The notes beneath the pieces are model-generated. The model worked only from the letters and a program-made list of their open reading frames with translations, was not told the origin of the DNA and searched no databases. From the NCBI GenBank assembly GCA_039587395.1, contig JBDHIQ010000090.1, positions 1-16,007 on the forward strand: a stretch of DNA of 16,007 nt, given 5' to 3'. A program made the translations under genes and the position numbers. This document shows positions 6,283 to 14,286 of this stretch, one piece after another. Every line of letters starts with the position of its first letter. Within the stretch, counting starts at the first letter, position 1. This stretch comes from Gemmatimonadota bacterium (GTDB taxonomy: Bacteria; Gemmatimonadota; Gemmatimonadetes; Palauibacterales; Palauibacteraceae).

Positions 6283-8456
6283 GCGCGCGACGAGGGAGCG
6301 TGGACTTCGCGGATCTGGCCCGCGATGACGCACGGAAGCCGCCCGCCGACCAGCCCTTAGCCATGGACCGACGCAACTTCGTCAAGGTGCTGGGTGGCGG
6401 TATTGTCGTCCTGTTCACGCTCAATGACCGGATCCTGTTCGCGCGGCAGGACTGGGGCCAGGACAGGCCCACCAATCCCAACGCATACCTGAGGATCGGC
6501 AAAGACGGACGGGTGACCATCTTCACCGGCAAGATCGAGATGGGGCAGGGGATCCACACCTCGCTCGGCCAGATGGCTGCGGAGGAGCTGAGGGTTTCCC
6601 ACGAATCCATCGACATGGTCATGGGTGATACCGACCTGTGCCCCTGGGATATGCTTACCGTCGGGTCGCTGACCACGCGCTTCACCGGCCCGGTTCTGCG
6701 TGCCGCGGCCGCCGAGGCGCGCGAGATCATGATCGACCTGGCCGCAGACCACCTGGGAGTCGGTCGCGAACAGCTCGGTGTCGAGGACGGAGTCATCTTC
6801 GTCGTGGGTGCCAGGGCTCGGACGATTTCGTATGCCGAACTCGCCGGGGGCAAGGAGATCGTCCGGACGCTGGATCGAGAAGCGATGCTCCGGTCGGTGT
6901 CCGAGTTCACCGTCATGGGCCAGTCGACGCCGCGCGTCGATGCGATCGACAAGGTCACCGGAAAAGCACAGTACACAGGCGACATCCGATTGCCGGGCAT
7001 GCTCTACGGCAGGCTGGTCCGACCGCCGTCGCTGGCCGGGGAGATGACCGGGGTCGACACCTCGGCCGCCGAGGCCATGGACGGTGTGATCGTCGTCCAG
7101 GAAGAGGACCTGGTCGCGCTGCTGCACGAAGATCCGGAGATGGCCGAACGAGCCCTGCAGGCCGTCGAGGCCGAGTTCCATGTGCCGGAATCGGACCTGA
7201 CCAACGAGACCATCTTCGATCACCTGGTGCGCGTGGCTCCGGATCCCGATGTACAGGACCCGCGCGGCAGCCTCGCCGAGGGCGAGCGCATGGCCACCCA
7301 ACTGTTCGAGGAGACGTACCTGGACGGCTATGTGGCGCACGCGCCCATGGAGCCGCACACGGCGCTGGCCAACGTTGAGGACGGCAAGCTGACGGTCTGG
7401 GCCTCCACGCAGGGCCCGTTCTCCCTCAAGGACTTGCTGGTGCGGCAGTTCAGCCTGGAGCCGCACCGGGTAAGGGTCATCACGCCGTTCGTAGGTGGTG
7501 GCTTCGGCGGCAAGACCAGCAATTCCCAGGCGGTCGAGGCGGCGACACTGGCCCGGGCAACGGGCAAACCCGTGATGGTCGCCTGGACTCGCGCCGAGGA
7601 GTTCCTGTACGACCGGTTCCGGCCGGCCGCGGTCGTCAAGATCCGCTCCGGGATCGACGACGCCGGCAAGATCTGTCTGTGGGACTACCACCTCTTCTTC
7701 ACGAATGCCCGCGGGTCGGAGATGATCTACGACGCGCCGCACAGCGCCATCAAGGTTGCGGGCGGTGGGTGGCGCAGCCTGCCGGGGAGCCATCCTCTGT
7801 TCACGGGAGCCTGGAGAGCCCCCGGCGCCAGCACGAACGTGTTCGCCAAGGAGTCCCACATCGACGTGATGGCGGCAGCGGCCGGCGTGGATCCGCTAGA
7901 GTTCCGTCTCGCCAATACCTCCGATTCGCGGGCGCGCAGCGTGCTGACGGCCGTAGCCGACCGTTGTGGCTACCAGCCCGCCGCGGCGCCGAGCGGCCGC
8001 GGGATCGGCATGGCGTGCGGGCTCGACTCGGAGACGTACGTGGCGCACATCGTGGAGGTGGACGTGGACCGGTCAAGCGGCCAGGTGCGGGTGAAACGGG
8101 TCACGTGTGCACAGGACATGGGCGTTGTCGTCAATCCCGATGGAGCCCTGATGCAGGCCGAGGGCTGCATCATGATGGGGCTTGGCTATGCGCTCACGGA
8201 GGACGTGCGGTTCCGGGGTGGGGAAGTGCTGGATCGCAACTTCGACACCTACGAGTTGCCGCGCTTCTCGTGGCTGCCGGAGATCGACGTCGTCCTGGTG
8301 GAGAACAACGATCTCCCGCCGAAAGGTGGCGGCGAGCCGGCCATCATCTGCATGGGGGCGGCCATCGCCAACGCGATCTACGATCTCACAGGCGCCCGGC
8401 TGTTGCAGCTGCCGATGAACCCGGAGAGCGTGAAAGCGGCGCTGGCGGCGATCTGA
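6279..8456 (+). CDS. Molybdopterin-binding large subunit of a xanthine dehydrogenase-family enzyme (IorB / aldehyde dehydrogenase beta-like) with twin-arginine (Tat) signal
   Basis: Tat motif MDRRNFVKVLGGGIVVLF. Conserved IGKDGRVTIFTGKIEMGQGIHTSLGQMAAEELRV and the C-terminal Mo-cofactor domain are present. The start is ambiguous. The ORF-track Met at 6210 lies inside the upstream gene. Met 6279 has a purine-rich SD and ATGA coupling. Met 6363 would put the RR motif at the extreme N-terminus. Confidence 0.85.
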   Translation: MSARRGSVDFADLARDDARKPPADQPLAMDRRNFVKVLGGGIVVLFTLNDRILFARQDWGQDRPTNPNAYLRIGKDGRVTIFTGKIEMGQGIHTSLGQMAAEELRVSHESIDMVMGDTDLCPWDMLTVGSLTTRFTGPVLRAAAAEAREIMIDLAADHLGVGREQLGVEDGVIFVVGARARTISYAELAGGKEIVRTLDREAMLRSVSEFTVMGQSTPRVDAIDKVTGKAQYTGDIRLPGMLYGRLVRPPSLAGEMTGVDTSAAEAMDGVIVVQEEDLVALLHEDPEMAERALQAVEAEFHVPESDLTNETIFDHLVRVAPDPDVQDPRGSLAEGERMATQLFEETYLDGYVAHAPMEPHTALANVEDGKLTVWASTQGPFSLKDLLVRQFSLEPHRVRVITPFVGGGFGGKTSNSQAVEAATLARATGKPVMVAWTRAEEFLYDRFRPAAVVKIRSGIDDAGKICLWDYHLFFTNARGSEMIYDAPHSAIKVAGGGWRSLPGSHPLFTGAWRAPGASTNVFAKESHIDVMAAAAGVDPLEFRLANTSDSRARSVLTAVADRCGYQPAAAPSGRGIGMACGLDSETYVAHIVEVDVDRSSGQVRVKRVTCAQDMGVVVNPDGALMQAEGCIMMGLGYALTEDVRFRGGEVLDRNFDTYELPRFSWLPEIDVVLVENNDLPPKGGGEPAIICMGAAIANAIYDLTGARLLQLPMNPESVKAALAAI

Positions 8457-8474
8457 AGGGTCTCCAGCGGCTCG

Positions 8475-10837
8475 CTACTCGGATCTCAACGCGACCACCG
8501 GATCCACACGCGTGGCTCGCCGGGCAGGAACCGCGATGGCCGACAGCGACACGGCGAGCAAGATCGCCACGACGGCGCCCAGCGTGGCGGGATCCGTGGC
8601 GCCGACGCCGTAGAGCAGACCGCCCAGGGTTCGAGCCAGGAGAGCCGAGGCTGCCAGGCCCAGGCCGGCTCCGACCAGTACCGGACGCATCCCCTGGCCA
8701 ATGACCAGGCGGAGTACGTCGCTCGACTCCGCACCGAGCGCCATGCGTATCCCTGTCTCATGCGTTCGCCGGCTCACGGAGTAGCTGATCACGCCATATA
8801 TCCCGACGGTTGCCAACAACAAGGCTACCAGGGAGAAGACCCCACGGGAAGCGCCGGATCAAATCTACGGACCTCCGCTCGCAGCAAAGTCAGCAGTGCC
8901 TCGCCCGCTGTGCGACTGCGCACGACCATGGAAAGGCCTCCGCTCCACGGGACCTGTGCGTAGGGGACGTACATCGTGGGTGTCGATTCTTCGCGAAGCG
9001 TATTGTGTCTGACGTCTGCCACGACACCCACAATTCGACGGGCGCTTCCATGCACCATCAGCCGACGTCCGAACGGGTCATCCGCGGGAAGGTACGTCCG
9101 GGCAAACGTCTCGTTGACGATGAGGACCTCTTCGCTGTCCGATCGGTCCCGATCCTCGAATGGGCGCCCGCTCACCAGGCGTATCGCCATCGCGTCGAAG
9201 TACCCGGGTGTCACCATGCTGAAGTTGGCGCCACGGTACATATCAGGTGTGGGATCGGCCTCGCCCTCGAAGACGAAGCCAGTTCCCTGTCTGTCGGCAG
9301 CCAACGGTACATCGTAGATGAATCCGCTCGCCTCGACGGCAGGAAGCGCTGCGAGTCTTGCTTCGAGAGAACGAAAGGCCGCCACGCGATCGGACACCTC
9401 TTGATACCGGGTCTCGGGGAGACTCACTCGCATGGTGACGGCGTTCCGTGCTTCGAATCCCATGTCCACCGTGCGCAGTCGCACCAGGCTCTGAATCAGC
9501 AAGCCGGCGCCGACCAGGAGCACCAACGACATCGCCACCTCGGCCGCGACCAGCGTGGACCGGAGACGTCCACCTTGCCTGCCCTCGCCGCCCGATCGGC
9601 CTCCCTCTCGAAGACTCTGCCCCAGTTCTGCGGATCGTCGCCGAAGAGCTGGAACCAGCCCGAAGAACAGACCGGTGAGCAGCGACACGGCTACCGTGAA
9701 GAGAACCACCGTGGCATCGAGCCCCGCCTCCCCCAGCCGCGGCACGTTCGGAGGAGCCATGCGCACGATGAACCGGAGGCCGACCACGGCGAGAACGAGA
9801 CCCAGCGCTCCTCCCAGCACCGAAAGCAGAAGGCTCTCGGTAAGCAGTTGTCGCGCCAGCCGGGCGCGACCCGCACCGAGCGCGGCCCGGACCGCAAGCT
9901 CACGCTGTCGGGCCGCGCCCTTGGCCAGTAGGAGGTTGGCTACGTTCACACAGGCGATCAGGAGTACGAGCGCCACCGAGCCAAACAAGACGAGGAGCTG
10001 GGCGCGGACCTCCCCCACCACCTGCTCTTCCAACGGAACGAGGACAACCGACCAGTCCTCGTTCGAGTCCGGGTACTGATCCGCCAGACGGCTCGCGAGC
10101 GCTCGCATCTCGGCTTGCGCTCGAGCTATTGCTTCATCGTCCCGGAGCCGGCCTATGACCGTCAGGAAGTGGGCACCTCTGTTCCCGTTTCGGAAGTCGC
10201 GAGCGAAGGGGATCCAGATGTCCGCCTGGCGTGTACTCGCGGTCCCTTCCTCGATAATCGGCGGTGGAAACTCGAAGCCAGCTGGCATCACCCCTGCAAT
10301 CGTGTGCAGCCTTCCGTCGATACGAATCGACTGCCCGATCGCGTCTGTATCTCCGCCGAATCGGGATTGCCACAGCCGGTGGCTGAGAAGCGCTACCGGC
10401 GCCGCGCCGGGTACGTCGTCATCGGGTTCGAACAAGCGCCCGCCCACGGGATCGACGCCGAGCACGTGATGCAGACTGGCCGTCACTTCCGCACCGAACA
10501 GGGCATCGGTTTCGCCGTCCAGGTCCAGAAAAAACCGCTTTTCGTTGTATGCACCAATTGCTTCCAGCGCGGTTCCTTCCGACTGCCAGTCCTGGTAATT
10601 GGGAGGGGAGGCGTACATGGTGGGAAGGCTGCGCTCCAGGCTTTGCTCCCACACCACGACCAGTTCCTGGGGAGATTCGTAGGGGAGAGGCTGAAGCAGG
10701 ATCGAGTTTACCACCGAAAAGATCGCGCTTGTGGCTCCGATACCCAGCGCCAGTGCGCCCGCTGCAACTGCCGTGAAGCCGGGATTGCGTCGCAGCAGAC
10801 GTATCCCGTGTCGAAGGTCCTGCCAGAGTGCTTCCAT
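8475..10837 (-). pseudogene. ADOP-family (duplicated FtsX/MacB-like) ABC transporter permease, interrupted by a -1/+1 frameshift between 8828 and 8860; either an authentic pseudogene or a sequencing indel
   Basis: The 670-aa ORF 8825..10837 begins MEALWQDLRHGIRLLRRNPGFTAVAAGALALGIGATSAIFSV, the ADOP N-terminal signature, and contains the first FtsX TM bundle and a second periplasmic domain. It ends ...EVRRFDPALPVGSSPW. The 115-aa ORF 8475..8822, in another frame, carries the final FtsX helices. Its frame extended upstream reads SGASRGVFSLVALLLATVGIYGVISYSVSRRTHETGIRMALGA. Combined length is about 787 aa, consistent with the family. A strong GGAGGA SD lies 5 nt upstream of the ATG. Confidence 0.7.
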
Positions 10838-10951
10838 CGATCCTCCAAACGCTACATCGGTTGTAGAACCATGTACTTGGATGAAGCAGCCGGACTGATA
10901 GTTGGGGGTCAGTCGACCTGGAACGGAGAGAGGGAGGACGCTGCCCCGGAT

Positions 10952-11617
10952 CTAGCCCCCTTCCAGCTCACCCAGCGCCGCCAGGATGTCAGCGTGCTCC
11001 GGCCGGATGCGGTAGTTCACCTCCGTGAACTTCCAGTGGACCCGGCCGTCCCTGTCGATCACGTACACGGTCGGGTGAGGGATGGCGCGTCCGCGGGCGT
11101 CATCTGCGTTGAACAGCCCGTACCGCTTGATGATGGCGGCCATCGGATCGGACAAAAGCGGGTAGTCCAGAACGTATCCGTCATTCTCGCTCGCGACCCT
11201 GTCGATCATCAGCTGGAGATCGGCCGGTCCGTCGGACGATATGGCCAGAAGCTCCGTGCGCTCACGCTGCTCTGGTGTCAGGAGGTCTCGCAGCTCCCCG
11301 AGCTGCTTTGCACAGTACGGTCACCAGTGGCCGCGGTAGAAGACCAGGACGACGTTCTTCTGACCGCGGTATCCGGAGAGCGTGATGGCCTCGCCGTCTC
11401 TCGACATCGCGGTGAAGTCCGGCGCCAGGTCACCCGCGGACACCCGCTCCAGGTCGGTGGCCGGCAGGTCGTGACCGTCCACGGGTCCCAGCACGACTTC
11501 CTGTACCTCTTCCGCCTGCTGATCGGCAGGCTCCTCGGCTCGTTCCTCCTGCGCGCAGCCGGCCAGCCCTGCCAGGAAGGCCGTGCAGAGGGTCAGCGCG
11601 GCGGCCCCCGCCCTCAT
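10952..11617 (-). CDS. Thioredoxin-fold AhpC/TSA-Redoxin family thiol:disulfide oxidoreductase lipoprotein with selenocysteine (TGA at 11321-11323) in a U-P-Y-C active site; predicted selenoprotein, 221 aa
   Basis: ORF-track pieces 11321..11617 (...GQKNVVLVFYRGHW) and 10952..11209 are in the same frame. The stretch 11210-11320 in between is open and lacks only a Met. Translating through TGA gives FYRGHW-[TGA]-PYCAKQLGELRDLLTPEQRERTELLAISSDGPADLQLMIDRVAS..., the canonical FYRGxWCPYC redoxin motif with TGA in place of the first Cys. The N-terminus has a lipobox (FLAGLAGC). The start overlaps the upstream gene stop (ATGA). Confidence 0.7.
11290..11306 (-). promoter_or_regulatory. Candidate bacterial SECIS hairpin: mRNA 5'-GCAGCUC-GGG-GAGCUGC-3', stem starting 14 nt 3' of the UGA, G-only apical loop
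   Basis: Perfect 7-bp GC-rich inverted repeat seen directly. The UGA-to-apical-loop spacing (21 nt) is in the range I recall for bSECIS elements (about 16-37 nt). The loop/bulge details of a canonical SelB-binding element are not verified. Confidence 0.35.
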
Positions 11618-12729
11618 CGATCCAACCTCACCAGGGCATCCCCCAGTCCCGTCAGGTACACCGGACCGCGTCCCTGGCTGATGATCACCCCGGTGACGGG
11701 GCCGGGCAGCGGGGCCCAGGAATCCGGCGTGAACAGTTCCAGCCGGGGGGTTCCGGACTCGCCGCGGCGGGCGAATTCCTCAGCCGCCTCCTGCTGAGCG
11801 GGCGTCAAAGAGCGAAAAGCGGTATGGCGCTCACCGGTCTCCGTGTCGACCATCAGCAGTTTGTTCGTGAGTGGCGCCGCGATCCACAGGTATCCTTCAC
11901 CGTCCAGCTCGAGGTTGTCCGGCTCGACGCCGTCCACAAATACCGAGCGCTCGCTCAACCGCCCCGTGTCCAGATCGACGCGATAGCGCAGCACGCGGCC
12001 TCCCATCGTTTCGGACACGTACAGGTGGCCGCTCGTCTCATCAATCGCCACGCCGTTGGCGAAGTACAGGGAGTCCACCAGGACCTCGGCCTCGGCGGCA
12101 AGACCATCGCCCTGCATGCCGAGCCGGAGCAGCGCACCCTCCGGCGCGGGGATGTCCACCGTCTCCCACATGCGTGCCTCGCCGGCTTCAGGGGTGTTGT
12201 GCGCGCTCTGGGTGAACCAGATCGCCCCCCTCGAGTCCCGGACTGCCGTGTTGACGCCATAGCGGTGCTGGTAGACCCGTTCGGTGTGGCCGGTCGCCAC
12301 CTCCACGCGGTAGATCCCGCCGTGGAAGATGTCCGCGACCAGCAGGTGCGTCCCGCCGGGCTCGAGCGAGACTCCGTTGGCGCCGCCGCTGTGCTCCGGT
12401 GGGCTGTGGACATACCCGGCCGCCACCATCTCCCCGAACGGGGCGCTGCTGCCGTCGACCCCGACCAGACGCAGCCCGTGGATCTGATCGCCCACGATCA
12501 GGCGGCCGTCAGGCAGCGCGACGCCGTCCTCCGGGCGCACGAGCGAGCGGTCGATTGGAAAGATCGCGCTGGAGTCGTACTGCCACTGCGGCAGCGTCGC
12601 GACATCGCTCGCGCCTTCGTCCCCCGTACCTTCATCACTCGTACCACCGGCGCAGCCGGCCACGAGGGGGAAACCTGCGGCAAACAACGCCATGGTCACA
12701 ATGACCCGGCAAGACCGATCCGAATTCAT
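11614..12729 (-). CDS. Six-bladed beta-propeller lipoprotein with NHL / SMP-30-gluconolactonase-like repeats
   Basis: The ORF track extends to 12912. I prefer Met at 12727-12729 (MNSDRSCRVIVTMALFAAGFPLVAGCAGG), which gives a lipoprotein signal with an LVAGC lipobox. Repeated NHL-like units: GVSLEPGGTHLLVADIFHGGIYRV, ANGVAIDETSGHLYVSETMGGRVLRY, PDNLELDGEGYLWIAAPLTNKLLMV. The stop overlaps the redoxin start. Confidence 0.75.
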   Translation of the reverse strand: MNSDRSCRVIVTMALFAAGFPLVAGCAGGTSDEGTGDEGASDVATLPQWQYDSSAIFPIDRSLVRPEDGVALPDGRLIVGDQIHGLRLVGVDGSSAPFGEMVAAGYVHSPPEHSGGANGVSLEPGGTHLLVADIFHGGIYRVEVATGHTERVYQHRYGVNTAVRDSRGAIWFTQSAHNTPEAGEARMWETVDIPAPEGALLRLGMQGDGLAAEAEVLVDSLYFANGVAIDETSGHLYVSETMGGRVLRYRVDLDTGRLSERSVFVDGVEPDNLELDGEGYLWIAAPLTNKLLMVDTETGERHTAFRSLTPAQQEAAEEFARRGESGTPRLELFTPDSWAPLPGPVTGVIISQGRGPVYLTGLGDALVRLDR

Positions 12730-12917
12730 GGACTCTCCCTGGGGCTTCAGTTCAAAGACAGAGGAGTGTTGGTCTCCACCAGGCAGAATAGCGCCTCCGG
12801 CGTCATCTTGCCGCCTGATCCAGCCGTGGCAAACCTGTGAATACGCCAACCCCCGCACGGGGCCGACGGCCGAGCCCGTCAACCTCAGGGTTTTCACTTC
12901 AGAGACGGACACGGACC

Positions 12918-13139
12918 ATGACCCACCTCAACTGTTTGACATCTGCGCTCCCCTGTCGAGCCTTCGGGCTCAGTCTGGCCCTTTCCGCCGCCTTGCTGAT
13001 CGGCCTTGGCCAGCCCTCATCGGGTCAGGAAGTCGGTCAGGCCGAGGCGGTTTCTGCAAGAGGAAGCCAGGAAGCCGAAGAGATCGCTGACTGGCGTGGG
13101 GTCCTGTACCCGCAGTTCAAGGTTGCGACGGGAGGGTAG
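12918..13139 (+). CDS. Speculative small ORF (73 aa) with signal-peptide-like N-terminus and acidic C-terminal part, in the long amrS upstream region
   Basis: MTHLNCLTSALPCRAFGLSLALSAALLIGLGQPSSGQEVGQAEAVSARGSQEAEEIADWRGVLYPQFKVATGG. It has only a weak SD, and GC3 is about 71% against about 82% in amrS. It may be non-coding. Confidence 0.2.
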   Translation: MTHLNCLTSALPCRAFGLSLALSAALLIGLGQPSSGQEVGQAEAVSARGSQEAEEIADWRGVLYPQFKVATGG

Positions 13140-13200
13140 GGGCCCGGGGCAGCCTCACAGACGACTGGCAGCATCCCTCGCAGCGCCTATGTTTTGAGAC

Positions 13201-14286
13201 ATGGTGTTTCCCACCCTACACTGGCATGCCCTGAGTGACGGCCGGGTCCAGTGCGACATATGTCCGCGGGAGTGCCGCCTTCGCGACGGGCAGCGAGGGT
13301 TCTGTTTCGTGCGGGCAAACCGCGGTGGAGCTGTCGTCCTGACCACCTATGGCCGGTCCAGCGGATTCTGCGTGGACCCGATCGAAAAGAAGCCGCTCAA
13401 CCATTTCCTCCCGGGCACGCCGGTGCTGTCCTTCGGGACGGCGGGCTGCAACCTGGCCTGCAAGTTCTGCCAGAACTGGGACATTTCCCGGTCGCGGGAG
13501 ACGGACACTCTGGCCGATGCCGCATCGCCCGAGGTCATAGCCCGCGCCGCGGAGCGACTGGGCTGCCGGAGCGTGGCGTTCACCTACAACGACCCGGTGA
13601 TCTTCCACGAGTACGCGATCGACGTGGCGGGAGCGTGTCGCGAACGCGGGATCCGGACGGTCGCGGTGACCGCCGGCTACCAGAGCCGGGAGCCCAGGAC
13701 AGAGTTCTACGAGTACATGGACGCGGCCAACGTGGACCTCAAGGGCATCCGTGACGCGTTCTACTCGAAGCTCTGCGCCGGACACCTGGAGCCGGTTCTG
13801 GAGACGCTTCGCTACCTGCACCGGGAGACAGACGTCTGGCTGGAGGTCACCACGCTCCTGATCCCCGGACAGAACGATTCCGATGCGGATCTCGAGCAGG
13901 AGATGGACTGGATTGCCGAGCACCTGGGACCGGATGTGCCGCTGCACCTCACGGCATTTCACCCGGACTGGAGGATGCGGAACCTGCCTTCCACTCGCCC
14001 CGAAACGCTGAACCGGGCACGGCGCATTGGACGGGCACGCGGCCTGCGCCACGTCTATACGGGGAACGTGCACGACCGGGAAGGCCAGAGTACCTGCTGC
14101 CATGCGTGCGGAGAGCTGGTGATAGGCCGGGCCGGGTACTCGCTGGACGCGTGGAATCTGGACGACCGCGGGCGCTGCCGCGGATGCGGAGAGCGCTGCC
14201 CCGGGCGATTCGAGGCCGAGGCAGGGACCTGGGGCGCGCAGCGTCTTCCGGTGCGACTGGCAGCTTTCCGGGAGCTCGCGACATGA
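13201..14286 (+). CDS. amrS: AmmeMemoRadiSam system radical SAM enzyme (AmrS; PFL-activase-like radical SAM)
   Basis: 361 aa. The CNLACKFC CX3CX2C radical-SAM cluster motif is present. The N-terminal RVQCDICPRECRLRDGQRGFCFVRANRGG and the VDPIEKKPLNHFLPGTPVLSFGTAGCNLACKFCQNWDIS block match my recollection of the TIGR04337-type family. Confidence 0.9.
   Translation: MVFPTLHWHALSDGRVQCDICPRECRLRDGQRGFCFVRANRGGAVVLTTYGRSSGFCVDPIEKKPLNHFLPGTPVLSFGTAGCNLACKFCQNWDISRSRETDTLADAASPEVIARAAERLGCRSVAFTYNDPVIFHEYAIDVAGACRERGIRTVAVTAGYQSREPRTEFYEYMDAANVDLKGIRDAFYSKLCAGHLEPVLETLRYLHRETDVWLEVTTLLIPGQNDSDADLEQEMDWIAEHLGPDVPLHLTAFHPDWRMRNLPSTRPETLNRARRIGRARGLRHVYTGNVHDREGQSTCCHACGELVIGRAGYSLDAWNLDDRGRCRGCGERCPGRFEAEAGTWGAQRLPVRLAAFRELAT

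Noticed and set aside
6357-7859. 500-aa minus-strand ORF antisense to the molybdopterin subunit, along with other long antisense ORFs (6185..7000, 6638..7378, 7679..8704, 8810..9931, 10115..11797, 11824..12840, 13216..14103, 14055..14744)
   Set aside because: These are Arg/Pro/Gly-rich low-complexity translations typical of shadow ORFs in high-GC DNA. They overlap well-supported genes with clear family motifs on the opposite strand.
8822-8827. Programmed ribosomal frameshift in the ADOP permease
   Set aside because: There is no slippery heptamer or stimulatory structure, and no known precedent I am aware of. A simple indel in the C4/G3 runs at 8840-8848 is more parsimonious.
10852-10866. Hairpin CTACA-tcggt-TGTAG between the redoxin stop and the ADOP start
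   Set aside because: The 5-bp stem is too weak to be meaningful as a terminator. The ADOP gene has its own strong SD, so read-through is likely.
12730-12912. Upstream extension of the beta-propeller gene to 12912
   Set aside because: Internal Met at 12727-12729 yields a canonical lipoprotein signal peptide. The extension would bury the lipobox 70 residues inside the protein.
14106-14282. N-terminal extension of amrB given by the ORF track (starting MRRAGDRPGRV...)
   Set aside because: It overlaps the amrS coding region in another frame. The Memo-family N-terminal motif begins at Met 14283, which overlaps the amrS stop.
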